Position numbers and translations under genes: made by a program. From assembly GCA_039799905.1 (NCBI GenBank), contig JBDLRP010000026.1:64001-128000 (forward strand): DNA of 64,000 nt, given 5' to 3'. Source of the stretch: Pseudomonadota bacterium (GTDB lineage Bacteria > Bdellovibrionota_B > Oligoflexia > Silvanigrellales > Silvanigrellaceae). Of the stretch, positions 1-10,459 are shown in pieces. Each line of letters starts with the position of its first letter. Within the stretch, counting starts at the first letter, position 1. The notes under the pieces were generated by a model. That model was given only the letters and a program-made list of their open reading frames with translations, searched no databases and was not told the DNA's origin.

Positions 1-1
1 G

Positions 2-886
2 AAAAAAAGTCTGAATTTCAATCAGGACCTGCCGGCGCCCAAAAACGCCCGCAGACCTGCCAAGAGCTACACAGACCAATATTTTCAGGAGCCGCCACAG
101 CAGTACTCACAACCGCCCCCCGCGCAATACTCGCCACCGCCACAGTACGCTCCGCCTCAGCAATATGCGCCACCGCCGCAATACGCACCGCCGCCGCAAT
201 ACGCGCCGCCGCCTGGCTACGGCTACCAGCCGCCGGCCTACTCACAACCACCACCATCCTACGGATATACGGACCCCTACGCACAACCTCCCGCCTATCA
301 GGCGCCCCCGCCTCCGGCTTATGGAGCCCCGAATCCTTACGAAGAGGATTTTGAGGCCGGTGACATCGGTGCGCCGCCCAGTCGCGCGTCCGGCTCCCGC
401 TCGCGAAGAAAACGCGGCAAGGAAGGTAACGCCTTTCTTGCAATCCTGCCGTTGGGAATCGGACAGTTTCAAAACGGCGACAACGTCAAAGGAGTGCTTT
501 TTCTGGGGGCACAAGCCGGGCTTGCTGGCTATGGCCTCTACTTGAAGTTGAAGGCGATTCCCGATGCGCAGGCAAAATTCGCAGCAGAACGCGAACAGGA
601 AGCCCTAATCCCCGAGGAAGAAAAGGATGTCGCAGCCCTCGAGGAAATAGAGATCCAGCGTGAAGAATTCCTAAAAAAGACCAACAGCTATTTTCAGTAC
701 ATGATGATCGGTGCTGGAGCCGTTTATCTGGTCGGGGTCATTGACGCCTTCATCAATCTTGATTCGGGGACACCGCGGCGGCGTGCTGCCGAGCTTCCAC
801 CGGCCCCCGAAAAACGATACGACATAGGTGTATCCCCGACCCTCAACGGCGGTGTGGCGATGCGATTTTCTCTTAAACTTGACTAG
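2..886 (+). CDS. 5'-truncated membrane/exported protein with Pro/Gln/Tyr-rich low-complexity region
   Basis: Frame of ORF 452..886 stays open back to position 2 (KKSLNFNQD...QYAPPPQYAPPP...LAILPLGIGQFQNG). Hydrophobic segments follow. True start lies outside the window. Confidence 0.8.
   Translation, partial: KKSLNFNQDLPAPKNARRPAKSYTDQYFQEPPQQYSQPPPAQYSPPPQYAPPQQYAPPPQYAPPPQYAPPPGYGYQPPAYSQPPPSYGYTDPYAQPPAYQAPPPPAYGAPNPYEEDFEAGDIGAPPSRASGSRSRRKRGKEGNAFLAILPLGIGQFQNGDNVKGVLFLGAQAGLAGYGLYLKLKAIPDAQAKFAAEREQEALIPEEEKDVAALEEIEIQREEFLKKTNSYFQYMMIGAGAVYLVGVIDAFINLDSGTPRRRAAELPPAPEKRYDIGVSPTLNGGVAMRFSLKLD
92..330 (+). repeat. Imperfect 18-bp coding tandem repeat (QYAPPP-type)
   Basis: Units such as caatatgcgccaccgccg, caatacgcaccgccgccg, caatacgcgccgccgcct. 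Confidence 0.85.
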
Positions 887-893
887 GCACCAC

Positions 894-1592
894 ATGACAG
901 AGCAGTCCGAATTCTGGAGCGCTGAACTCAACTGGCGTGAAAAACCATTTACCTACCTGTACTCACAACCGGACGAATACCGCTATTCACTCGACTCGAT
1001 TGAGTTCATGTGGCGACTGGGAATGGTTTTGAAAGAAGTTCAAGGTAAAGCTCAGCTGCGAGTGCTCGACTTATGCGCAGGCTGCGGAGTTCTTGGCTTT
1101 GAACTGAACTTTTGGCTGCGTGAAAAAATCAGCTCGCTGACATTTGTCGAGATGCAGACGGAATACGCCGTCCACTTGCAGAAAAACCGCCACATTACTC
1201 AAACGCAAGACAAAAACGTCACCATCTGTACAACCAACTTCCGCGACCTGCCGCGTCTTGAGAGTTTTCGTCAAGCATTCGATCTGATTGTCTGCAACCC
1301 ACCTTATTTCAGAGAACAAACCGCCTCACTGGGAAAATCCTCATTCAGAAACCGCTGTCATTTTTTGATCGAGGGTTCATTTGTGGAATTGTGCGAAGCA
1401 ATCTTTTATTCGCTTGCACAAAATGGTGAGGCATTCGTGCTCCTCAAAGACCTCACAGCGCAGGGAGTCGACCAACTCGCAGAACTCCGCACACATGCAA
1501 ACGAAAATTTCACCGCAGAGGTCATGGGCATCGTTCGCGGAACACCTGTCGTCAGGATCCGCCCTCTCAAATCTCGCTCAGCTCAAGGTTGA
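894..1592 (+). CDS. SAM-dependent methyltransferase, tRNA1(Val) A37 N6-methylase (YfiC/TrmN6)-like
   Basis: LDLCAGCG SAM motif, CNPPYF motif, N-terminal QPDEYRYSLDS. ATG at 894. Confidence 0.7.
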   Translation: MTEQSEFWSAELNWREKPFTYLYSQPDEYRYSLDSIEFMWRLGMVLKEVQGKAQLRVLDLCAGCGVLGFELNFWLREKISSLTFVEMQTEYAVHLQKNRHITQTQDKNVTICTTNFRDLPRLESFRQAFDLIVCNPPYFREQTASLGKSSFRNRCHFLIEGSFVELCEAIFYSLAQNGEAFVLLKDLTAQGVDQLAELRTHANENFTAEVMGIVRGTPVVRIRPLKSRSAQG

Positions 1593-2640
1593 TTTTTCTG
1601 ATCTCATCAAAAAACTTCTGCGCGCCAAATCCGCCCCAACCCTGCGATGCCTTCGCATCAACATTACGGTTGAATTCGTATGCGAAAATTGGATTGTAAA
1701 TTCCGGCGGCAACTCGCAACTGCCCCTGCTGAACAGCGCGTGCGAACTCTGCAAAATAAGCTCCCTGACGAACGCGCAATGCGGTGCGGCGGTCGGCTTC
1801 CGCCATCGCATTGAAAAAAACCTTTCGCACGTCATTGCTGTTGGCAACACCAAGCAGCTCCCAGACCGACTTGGAAAACTGACTGCACGGCAGCACGGCC
1901 TGACCGACTAGAAGCTTTTCCATTTTCGCGAGTTCAGCCGGTGTTTTTCCTTGCAGATTCTCGTTTGCCTTCAGCGCATAAACAGGATGCTCGTTGGTGT
2001 AAACCGACGGTGCAAGATTATTTTCACCAAAGTAATTCAGCATTTTTCTGGCAAAGTTCACACTCTCACGTTCGCCCGAAATCTGCCCTTTCAGAGCAGT
2101 TTTCTCCAAAAAATAAGAAGACCCGAGGGCGAGCGATAAACCACATGCGTTGGTCGCTATGGCGGCACTGACAGCAGCGGTTGAAAGAGGCGGGGCAAGG
2201 AATTTTTCTGGGCTGCTCTTCAGTTTTTTCACAAGTTCCGACGGACCCAGCAACAGCACGCACTGCCCCGCCTTGGGTCTTTCAGGATCTTCAGCCATCG
2301 GAAAATCCTGCAAACGGATTCTTTCATTCAAGGCTATTTTTGCTTTGTTTTGCGGACAGCTCGGAGATTCCACCATCACCTTCGAGGCCGGATCTTTGGG
2401 CTCGCCAAAACAGCCGACTCCAACCAGAATATCCTGCCCCACCCTGACACTCGCACTTTCGGGAAGTTTCAGCGGCGACGGGGCGGTGGCCAGATAAAAG
2501 CGGTCCACACCATTGCGAAACCAATCGTTTGAACTAATCGTTTTGACTTTGGATTTCTCGGTACAGCCATATGTGGTCGCCAATATCATCAGTAAGAACA
2601 GTGAAGTCATCGGCAATGATGTGCGGATTTTTTTCTTCAC
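1567..2640 (-). CDS. Hypothetical lipoprotein
   Basis: Signal peptide ending TYGC. GTG at 2640 overlaps the upstream TGA (GTGA). Confidence 0.65.
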   Translation of the reverse strand: MKKKIRTSLPMTSLFLLMILATTYGCTEKSKVKTISSNDWFRNGVDRFYLATAPSPLKLPESASVRVGQDILVGVGCFGEPKDPASKVMVESPSCPQNKAKIALNERIRLQDFPMAEDPERPKAGQCVLLLGPSELVKKLKSSPEKFLAPPLSTAAVSAAIATNACGLSLALGSSYFLEKTALKGQISGERESVNFARKMLNYFGENNLAPSVYTNEHPVYALKANENLQGKTPAELAKMEKLLVGQAVLPCSQFSKSVWELLGVANSNDVRKVFFNAMAEADRRTALRVRQGAYFAEFARAVQQGQLRVAAGIYNPIFAYEFNRNVDAKASQGWGGFGAQKFFDEIRKINLELSEI

Positions 2641-2984
2641 AGTTTGTCCTCCGCACACACAACTGCCCCTTTCCAAAGCTCAGCATAGATATCAAAGGAT
2701 GCGCCGGCAGACGACGGAAGTCCGGGCTCGCCGACAGCAGGTGGCAGCGCGGTTCCAACGGCCTCTGGTTGTCCTCCGTCAAATGGAACGTCGGGCTGAT
2801 TTACCGCGGGGCTTCCCGAATCGGCCGGCGAGGGAGTGTCCTGAGTTGGCGTTGATGTAGGCCCCGCAACTGGCGGCGACACGATGGTTTCTCGTTCCTT
2901 CGGTGCAGTGCAAGCAACCATCAGCCCACAGGACAGGACACAATAGGTTGAAGCACATCTGATGAACGCACCAATGGCCAACAT
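2637..2984 (-). CDS. Small Pro-rich hypothetical lipoprotein
   Basis: GGAGG RBS before ATG 2984, MVAC lipobox-like motif, Pro/Ser/Thr-rich body. Confidence 0.55.
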   Translation of the reverse strand: MLAIGAFIRCASTYCVLSCGLMVACTAPKERETIVSPPVAGPTSTPTQDTPSPADSGSPAVNQPDVPFDGGQPEAVGTALPPAVGEPGLPSSAGASFDIYAELWKGAVVCAEDKL

Positions 2985-3132
2985 CTTGCAATCCTCCAAG
3001 AACGACCGTCTGCTGCTAAGTCCATCATAAAAAACCAGGTTTGAAACAATCTGTAGTCACCCCATTGACATTGACCGCCCACATCGGCCAACAAATCGAG
3101 CTAAGTAGCCCATCAGATTCAGGAGGCCTTTC

Positions 3133-4335
3133 ATGCAGCACGGGACCCACTATCTCGATTCGCTCTCGCTTGGAAAAATCGTTCAGATTCGTGAGCGTAT
3201 TCTGAAGGCTCAAGCTGACGGCAAAAAAGTCTTTCGTTTCGAGTCGGGCGACCCAAACTTCAGCCTCGCGGCGCACGTGACAACAGCGCTCAAGAAGGCG
3301 GCCGACGAGGGCAAAACCCACTACATACCAAACGCCGGAATCCCTGAACTGCGCAAAGCCTTGGTCAAGAAACTCGCCGACCAAAATGGCATCAAACTCG
3401 CTTCCGCTGAAAATATTTTCGTCACCAACGGCGCGATGCACGCGCTCTTTTGTGCGTTTCAGTGTTTGCTTCAAGCCGGCGATGAAGTGATTGTGCCCGA
3501 CCCGATGTGGACCGAAGTCGTAGAGAACATCAAGGTTGCTCGCGGTACTCCGGTGCCTGTCTCGTTGCGCGAAGAAACCGGCTTTCAATATCTGCCTAAA
3601 GAAATCGAGGCGCGCATCACCAGCCGCACGAAGGCCATCTTCCTCAACACGCCGCACAACCCGACAGGCGCTGTGCTGCCAAAGCAGACGCTTCTTGAAA
3701 TCATCCGCATGGCAAAGGAACGCAATTTGTGGATTGTTTCGGATGAAGCATACGAAGACGTCATTTTCGCCCCGCATCAACACATCTCGATCGCCTCGCT
3801 GGCACCCGAATACCAGCACAAAATTATTTCCGTGTTCAGCTTTTCGAAGAGCCACGCCATGAGTGGCTTGCGCACGGGATATCTCACTGCCAGCGATGAA
3901 ACCCTGATGGAGCGACTGCACAAAATCATGCGCTGCAGTATCAACGGCGTGAACAGCGTCGCGCAGTGGACGGCACTGTCGGCCATCGAAGGCGATCGCG
4001 CGCACATCCACCACATGCTGGGCGAGTATAATGAGCGCCGCGACATCATGGTGGAGTCACTGACCGGTATCGACGGACTCAAACCCTTTGTGCCGCAGGG
4101 CAGCTTCTTCGTCTGGGCAACTCTGTCACCGAGCATCTACAAGAGGCTCGGAGTCAAAGACGCCGATGAACTTTCCAACACACTCGCAGAGCTCGGCATG
4201 GGCAGTTCACCCGGGGACGCATTCGGTGCCACCTGCGCCGATGCCATCCGCTTCTCTTTCAGCTGCTCGACTCAAATGGTCAAGGAAGGATCTGCTGTCC
4301 TGCGCAAGCTTCTCAGCGGCGGCCCGCTCCGCTAA
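3133..4335 (+). CDS. PLP-dependent class I/II aminotransferase (aspartate aminotransferase family)
   Basis: GIPELRKA, NTPHNPTG, SDEAY and SFSKSHAMSGLRTG (PLP lysine). AGGAGG RBS. Confidence 0.92.
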   Translation: MQHGTHYLDSLSLGKIVQIRERILKAQADGKKVFRFESGDPNFSLAAHVTTALKKAADEGKTHYIPNAGIPELRKALVKKLADQNGIKLASAENIFVTNGAMHALFCAFQCLLQAGDEVIVPDPMWTEVVENIKVARGTPVPVSLREETGFQYLPKEIEARITSRTKAIFLNTPHNPTGAVLPKQTLLEIIRMAKERNLWIVSDEAYEDVIFAPHQHISIASLAPEYQHKIISVFSFSKSHAMSGLRTGYLTASDETLMERLHKIMRCSINGVNSVAQWTALSAIEGDRAHIHHMLGEYNERRDIMVESLTGIDGLKPFVPQGSFFVWATLSPSIYKRLGVKDADELSNTLAELGMGSSPGDAFGATCADAIRFSFSCSTQMVKEGSAVLRKLLSGGPLR

Positions 4336-4381
4336 TCTGGCGGAGACGGTCCATTAAATGAAGTGGTTCAGCGCAACTCGC

Positions 4382-6067
4382 TCACTTGTATTTAAAGTTG
4401 TCGACAACCCGTTCCTGCACCTGCGTTGTATAGTTGGCATTCCCGCCGATGTATTTGTTCTCCCGATAATCGGCGAGAGCCTTGAGATCGACACGCCCGA
4501 CACGGAATTTACTCTGGTAGTCGGCGCTTGAGTAGCTTGCTTCCTGCAGATACTTTTTGAAGGTTTCCTGATTGACCGGATATTTGGCCTTGTCCTCGGT
4601 GGCCTTCAAAATTGCTGCAATACCTGCAACGTAGGGAGTGGCCATACTGGTGCCGCTCAGCAATGCGACCCCATTGTAATCAGTAAAATCTCCGCCGGTG
4701 GGAAAGGTTGATAAAATTCTCCCGCCGGGTGCACTGATGTCGGGAGTCACACGGTACTCCGCCGACGTCACGCTTGGATTCGCATAGTTGCTGAAGCTCG
4801 AAGAAACCTCGTTGTAATCGTTCGAACTCACGCACAGCATGTTTGATGAAGCACACGGAAGAACCGTATAGTTCGTGTAGTTAGTGTTATTGTACGCACA
4901 GCTGCCGCCAAGCTCGCATGATTCGTTACCGGCCGCACTGATGACGATAATTCCCTGCTCGATTGCATCCTGTACAGTGGGGTCGTTCAATGATTGTTCT
5001 TTCAGACAATCATAGTTTGATCCACTGCCCAGACTCATCGTGATGACGTCAACTTTTTTCTTCATCGCCCAGCGAATGCCTCGCGACATAGCCGCAGTTG
5101 ATCCGGTTCCATCATCACCAAGAACTTTCACTGGGACAATTTTTACGTTGAATTTGCCGGCAACCCCAAGAATATTTGCGTCCGTCTTCCCTTGTGTGAA
5201 TCCTTTGCCTTGACCTGCGATGATGCCCGCAACGTGTGTCCCATGACCTTCGCGATCTGCCACCTGATCCAAGCCCTCTTTGCCGGTCAGTGCATTGTAG
5301 CCAAGGGAACTGTCGATGGCGTCTACAAGGTCAGGATGCTTGACGTCGACGCCCGTATCGAGCACAGCGACTCGGATCACACGATTGGGATCAGCCTTGC
5401 CCTGAAAGTAACCCACTGAGTCCGTGTAGCGCGTCTGATCCAGACTCCACTGTTCTTCGGAATTGAAATCGGCGGCAAAGCGGGAGAATCCGTTCTCAGG
5501 CAATTCTCGTGTGACCAAATCCACCAGACCGTCAAACGCGGCAATGCGTTTAAACTTCTTTGACTCAACTGTGCTCGGCGGAGCTTTGATTTCAAGCGCT
5601 TCCTGCAACTGCGTGATTGTGTTGCTGCCAATCAGTCCACTGCCACGACCGCCTTCTTTGAAAAGAGTCCCAAGCACTCGGCTTTTAACACCAAGTCCCT
5701 TACCGAATTTTCCTCCCACTTCAAGGAAGCGCACACTGTCGGTTTCACCCGTTGAAGAATCGACAGACTTCAACGTTAAAGTCGACGGCTTCACAAATGT
5801 GCGCAAAGCCCCATTCCATACCGAAAGAAGTGTTTTGTTTTCGAAGTTTTCAACCTTTTTTGAAAGGACAACCGACATCTTGCCTTGCGCATGATTCGCC
5901 GAGCATCCTTGAACCTCGGAGTTGGCGAGCAATTCAGCTTCACCCACTGAGGAAACCTCGCAACAGCTTTGCGAGAGAAGTCCGCCGCAGACCGAAGCTG
6001 AAAGTGCCAGCAAGACTGAACGCTGCCGTTGCCTTATAAAGGAATTCCGATTGATGTTCTTACTCAT
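4382..6067 (-). CDS. Exported S8 subtilisin-like serine peptidase
   Basis: VLDTG, HGTHVAG, AAGN and GTSMATP motifs. N-terminal signal segment. Confidence 0.92.
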   Translation of the reverse strand: MSKNINRNSFIRQRQRSVLLALSASVCGGLLSQSCCEVSSVGEAELLANSEVQGCSANHAQGKMSVVLSKKVENFENKTLLSVWNGALRTFVKPSTLTLKSVDSSTGETDSVRFLEVGGKFGKGLGVKSRVLGTLFKEGGRGSGLIGSNTITQLQEALEIKAPPSTVESKKFKRIAAFDGLVDLVTRELPENGFSRFAADFNSEEQWSLDQTRYTDSVGYFQGKADPNRVIRVAVLDTGVDVKHPDLVDAIDSSLGYNALTGKEGLDQVADREGHGTHVAGIIAGQGKGFTQGKTDANILGVAGKFNVKIVPVKVLGDDGTGSTAAMSRGIRWAMKKKVDVITMSLGSGSNYDCLKEQSLNDPTVQDAIEQGIIVISAAGNESCELGGSCAYNNTNYTNYTVLPCASSNMLCVSSNDYNEVSSSFSNYANPSVTSAEYRVTPDISAPGGRILSTFPTGGDFTDYNGVALLSGTSMATPYVAGIAAILKATEDKAKYPVNQETFKKYLQEASYSSADYQSKFRVGRVDLKALADYRENKYIGGNANYTTQVQERVVDNFKYK

Positions 6068-7004
6068 CTGAAAACACCTCGCTGTCGAACCTCTGTTGCT
6101 GTTTTTTCTTGTTTGGCGGCTGCTTGTTAGCTGGCTGCCGATTGGGGGGCGTCTTCTTTGGCGGGTAGTTTTTGTTCACACTTTCAGAAGGGAAATCTGC
6201 ATCATATTTTTCATCATCTCTGGGTCGCACTCTCGAGCCGTTTCTTTTCCTGCCATTCTCATCGAGCCGATCATCTGCTCGTTCATCTGCAAAATTCCAT
6301 GCCAGAGTGAGCGCACCCGAACGGGTCAAATAACTGCGGTGCTGCAGCGCTGTCGTCGATGACGAACAATCAAAACAACCACTGCCCAACTTGAAATCAA
6401 CGCCGATCGAGAGTCCGTTGTCCAGCGGGAATACATTGAAGCCAAGCAAAAGAGAGGTCTTTTTGTGGCCAGAAAGGTTAAAGTTCACCTCGCCCAAGGA
6501 AGCGCCATCGGCGACGACTTTTTTCTGGTTGATCATCTTATTACCAAATGCCGTTGAGAACTGCAGCTGTGCTCCGGCTGCAAAGACTGGACCTAGCCAC
6601 CAACGCGCGCCAAGCCCGAGCGAAGCATGCGTGAAGTCGAACACACCGGTCGTATCAAAACCGTCTTCCACAGCCGACTTCTTTAATTTGCTGTGAAGAA
6701 TGTCGACCCCAACAATCGGCTCCAGCGCATCAATGCGAACAATTCCCACGGTCGACACCACTCCGACCTGTGCACCCGTGTAGGATTTCTGCTCGAAGGC
6801 ATCGCCAGCCTGAACAGCTCCACCAGTTAGGTCGGTGGGAGAATCTCGGTAGCTCATAACCTCAAATCCGCCTGCAGCGCCGGCCGACAGGCTGAAAGAA
6901 TAGGCGTGAGCGGGAAGCAGGGTCAAAAGCAACACCGGCAAAAATCGAATGCAGATGTCTTCTTGCTGAAAAACTTTAAACCGAGTGAACTTCGGACCGG
7001 GCAT
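6060..7004 (-). CDS. Exported protein, probable outer-membrane beta-barrel with charged C-terminal tail
   Basis: AAGGAG RBS before ATG 7004, signal peptide ending AHA-YS, amphipathic beta strands. Overlaps the S8 start by 8 nt. Confidence 0.6.
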   Translation of the reverse strand: MPGPKFTRFKVFQQEDICIRFLPVLLLTLLPAHAYSFSLSAGAAGGFEVMSYRDSPTDLTGGAVQAGDAFEQKSYTGAQVGVVSTVGIVRIDALEPIVGVDILHSKLKKSAVEDGFDTTGVFDFTHASLGLGARWWLGPVFAAGAQLQFSTAFGNKMINQKKVVADGASLGEVNFNLSGHKKTSLLLGFNVFPLDNGLSIGVDFKLGSGCFDCSSSTTALQHRSYLTRSGALTLAWNFADERADDRLDENGRKRNGSRVRPRDDEKYDADFPSESVNKNYPPKKTPPNRQPANKQPPNKKKQQQRFDSEVFSDE

Positions 7005-7169
7005 ATTCGGGTCTCCTTGCGCATTCAAAAAAAATAGCTCACGCCTGTCCCTTTTGCTGCCCAATCTTTTGACAGTGATAAATCGTCTGACAGTTGGGTG
7101 ATTTGAATTTTTAGGGTGTTACATCCGGAGCACTTTTTGCTGTTGCCCCGACGTTGGAGGAAAACCACA

Positions 7170-8042
7170 ATGAAGAGTGACAATACGCTTATCCCACTCG
7201 GCAAAGTCCTCTTAAGAGCATCTGCGCAGCTCGGAGTTTCACTGCTTGCATGCGGCCTTATCGGATGCGGAACGAATGTCGACCAAACAACTGAAAATAG
7301 TCAGCGCGAATCGGAGGCCAATTCGAGTTCGGCTGTATTCGTCCGGGAGAACGCAGGCATTGCCAGTGTCGCGATACTGGGCGACTCGCAGTCGACAGGC
7401 GGCTATGGGCGCAGGTTGTCGGAATTGATTCGCGTCTCGTCCAAACAGCGGCTCGTTTATTTTGGTGCCGCCAGTTCTGCGCGCATCGGCAGCTGGGTTG
7501 CCGGCGGATTCAATCCAATTCCGGCGGGTGCCTATTTCGGCTGCGCGTCGGGTTCAGACGGCCGCAGTTGCTCGCCATCCATGCAATCTGCCGGACGCAC
7601 AGAGTCTATCGCTGCAATTTTACGGCAGCCTGCAGCCGCAGATCTCTTCGTACTCACGTTCGGCGACAACCATTTCTATGATCCGGCCTCGGTGAGGACT
7701 GATCTGCCCAAATTAGTGCGGCCGATTCTCAGCTCCGGCTCAAAGTGCGCGTTCGTCACTCCAACCGAGGGCACCGGACGCTTTGCTGACAAGCGCAATC
7801 TGATGGCGAACATCAAGCTTGCGCTGGAAGACATAAAGAAGTCGAACGGTTCAACATGCACGCTGATCGACAGTTACAATGTCGGTAAAGAAGTGCTTAG
7901 GACACCTGCGGATCTGCAACTGATGCGGCAATCGGTGTCTGCGGACCCTATGGGCCTGCATCCGCAAGGTAGTGGTGCAAAGCTGTGGGGAGAACGAGTT
8001 TTTGATGCGTTAGTCCAGCAAAAATTGCTCGAACGTCTTTGA
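7170..8042 (+). CDS. SGNH/GDSL hydrolase family lipoprotein
   Basis: LIGC lipobox, LGDSQS, TFGDN and GLHP blocks. GGAGG RBS. Confidence 0.75.
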   Translation: MKSDNTLIPLGKVLLRASAQLGVSLLACGLIGCGTNVDQTTENSQRESEANSSSAVFVRENAGIASVAILGDSQSTGGYGRRLSELIRVSSKQRLVYFGAASSARIGSWVAGGFNPIPAGAYFGCASGSDGRSCSPSMQSAGRTESIAAILRQPAAADLFVLTFGDNHFYDPASVRTDLPKLVRPILSSGSKCAFVTPTEGTGRFADKRNLMANIKLALEDIKKSNGSTCTLIDSYNVGKEVLRTPADLQLMRQSVSADPMGLHPQGSGAKLWGERVFDALVQQKLLERL

Positions 8043-8083
8043 TGCCATCGAAGCTAAAATGACCGGAACGCCCACCGTTCCTG

Positions 8084-10390
8084 TTAATTAATCTGACTAC
8101 GCGCCAGTCCGATAAGCCTCGCCAGCGCAGTGTGCCGCTTGAGGGCAACCTGCGTTCCGACAGCCTTTTTCATCGCCCACTCCTCGCCAATCACAAAGGC
8201 ATGCTTACTCGCACGGGTAATTGCGGTGTAAAAAAGATTGCGATCGAGCATTGAATAGTAGGCGCTGAACATCGGAATGATAGCCAGCGGGAATTCAGAA
8301 CCCTGCGATTTGTGGACTGTCATCGCGTAGCACAGACTCAGATCGTCGATATCCTCATCTTCAAGCCTGACGATTCGGTCATCGAACGCGACGTCCATTT
8401 CAACCTTCTTCTGCACAACGCGGATAGCGCGGACGAATCCAAGGTCGCCATTGAAGACGTCTTTGTCGTAGTTGTTGCGCGTTTGGATAACCTTGTCACC
8501 CACCCTAAAAATATCTGTTTCATCAACGACCACTTCATCCTTGTCGGGATGCGGAGGGTTGAGCTCCGCCTGCAGGAGCTTGTTGATTTTCTCTTGTCCT
8601 GCATCGCCGCGGCGCATCGGCACAAGAATCTGAACATCACGGATCGGATCGAGCCCGTACATCTGCGGGATGGTTTCCTTCAGCAACGGCAAAAGCAGCT
8701 CGGCGAAGGTTTGAATACTGCAAGGCAACAGCACGAGCGACTGCGGAGAAGCAAAGTGAGCAGTGCGGCTGACAAGACTGAACTCCGGCTTTGCTCCTTC
8801 GATGATCGAGCGGGCTGCTGTCGGAATTGGACTCTCACTCGACTGACGGAAAATCTTTGTCAGACGAGCAACCGGAACTTCACCCGAGGAAATCACATCG
8901 CGCAGACAATTGCCTGCGCCGACACTCGGAAGCTGATCAACGTCTCCAACCAAGATGAGCCGTGTCTGGGGCGCCATGGCCTCCAATAGGGTGTTAAACA
9001 GGTCAAGGCTCAGCATCGAGGCTTCGTCGACAATAACTACATCGACGTCCTTCAATGCACCTTCTCCGCCCTCCGAAGTACCACTGTCGTCCCCCTGCCC
9101 AATGCGCAACGTTTTGTGCAAGGTATAGGCTTGAGCCTCGATGGAGGCTGTCATGCGCTTTGCAGCAAGTCCCGTAGGAGCGCACAAAACGACAGTCCGT
9201 TTGAGGGCCTTCTGAATTCGATAAATAGCTTTAAGAACAAAAGTCTTTCCGCACCCTGGGCCGCCCGTCAGCACCATGAATCTTGAACCCACCGACATCT
9301 CTACGGCAGCAGCCTGTTCGGATGACAGTTTATTCCATGGAATATCCGGAACCAATTCTTCGAGAGTGATTTCACCAGCGCTGAATTTCTGTTCAAACGG
9401 ATCGTTGCCAAGACCAGCTTTGAAAAGAAGGCGCGCGCATTCGCCCGCCGTTGCGTTTTCCAAAGCAAAAACCTCAGGAAGATAAAATAGCGGCTGGGCT
9501 GATTTCTCATCGCTTCCCGCAGCTTCCGGCAGACGAAGAATGAAGCTCTGCACACCCTTTTCGCGATTGTCTTTGTAAATCGCACGCAGTTCCAAGAGCA
9601 ACATTTCAAAGGTGAAACGCGGGTCGCGCTTGGCACCGAGTACATCACGTGCGCCTTCAATAAGCACATCACGCGGCAAACAACAGTGGCCGTCGTCGTG
9701 GGCTCTTTCGAGGGTGAAAACAAAGGCGGCTTCAAGACGAAAACGCGAGAGCGGATCAATTCCCAATTTCAAAGCAATGGCATCGGCACGCAAAAAACCG
9801 ACGTTGCGAAAATCAGAGATCAGCCGATAGGGGTTCTCTTTGAGCAATCGGATGGCGTCCGATCCGTAGCGCTCATAAATCCGGTTCGCAAAATTGGGGG
9901 GAATGTTGTGTTCGTGCAAAAAAACCATGATCGCGCGATAGACTTCGTCGCCTGTAATCAACGAAATCACCTGCTCAGCCTTGTCTCGTTTGCCTTTGAA
10001 AAAAGCAAACACTTTTTCCTTCTGGTTTTTGCAGACGTCCACCAGCTCATCGATGGTTCTGACATCCAAGGCCTCAAGAAATTTCTTGGCAGTGATCTCG
10101 CCGACGCCCTTCACGTTGTTCACTAGAAAGGGAATCACGCCGGTGAGCGTCGGTGGGCGCAGCGGCTCACTGTAGATCACCTGAAAGGTTTCACCGTACT
10201 TGGGTGACGTCGCCCAGTCGCCAAAGAGTTTGTACTGCTGCTGGGAATCGAACTTTCCAACGGTCAGGCCCTTGCCGCTGGCACGAAAGCGTTTGGCTGA
10301 CTTAGAATCAACGAATTCGGCAACGACAAAGGCTCCGTCTTGAGACGCGAAAATGACCTTGGACAAAAGTGCGGTCAGCTCAACAGACAC
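8084..10390 (-). CDS. recD2: ATP-dependent RecD-like DNA helicase
   Basis: HhH region (KGVGEITAKK, ENPYRL), TGGPGCGKT, VDEASM, GDVDQLPSVGAG, TVHKSQGSEF, YTAITRA. Confidence 0.93.
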   Translation of the reverse strand: MSVELTALLSKVIFASQDGAFVVAEFVDSKSAKRFRASGKGLTVGKFDSQQQYKLFGDWATSPKYGETFQVIYSEPLRPPTLTGVIPFLVNNVKGVGEITAKKFLEALDVRTIDELVDVCKNQKEKVFAFFKGKRDKAEQVISLITGDEVYRAIMVFLHEHNIPPNFANRIYERYGSDAIRLLKENPYRLISDFRNVGFLRADAIALKLGIDPLSRFRLEAAFVFTLERAHDDGHCCLPRDVLIEGARDVLGAKRDPRFTFEMLLLELRAIYKDNREKGVQSFILRLPEAAGSDEKSAQPLFYLPEVFALENATAGECARLLFKAGLGNDPFEQKFSAGEITLEELVPDIPWNKLSSEQAAAVEMSVGSRFMVLTGGPGCGKTFVLKAIYRIQKALKRTVVLCAPTGLAAKRMTASIEAQAYTLHKTLRIGQGDDSGTSEGGEGALKDVDVVIVDEASMLSLDLFNTLLEAMAPQTRLILVGDVDQLPSVGAGNCLRDVISSGEVPVARLTKIFRQSSESPIPTAARSIIEGAKPEFSLVSRTAHFASPQSLVLLPCSIQTFAELLLPLLKETIPQMYGLDPIRDVQILVPMRRGDAGQEKINKLLQAELNPPHPDKDEVVVDETDIFRVGDKVIQTRNNYDKDVFNGDLGFVRAIRVVQKKVEMDVAFDDRIVRLEDEDIDDLSLCYAMTVHKSQGSEFPLAIIPMFSAYYSMLDRNLFYTAITRASKHAFVIGEEWAMKKAVGTQVALKRHTALARLIGLARSQIN

Positions 10391-10459
10391 GATGGGTTCC
10401 CCTTTTTCAGGAGGGGAGCTTGCACTCGATCTGAAACTATGGCAACAACGGGGTCGCGT

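Noticed and set aside
18..545. ORFs 18..443 (-) and 165..545 (+) with repetitive Arg/Ala content
   Set aside because: Alternative-frame readings of the QYAPPP repeat.
3025..4014. 329-aa minus-strand ORF
   Set aside because: Antisense shadow of the motif-complete aminotransferase, with no motifs of its own.
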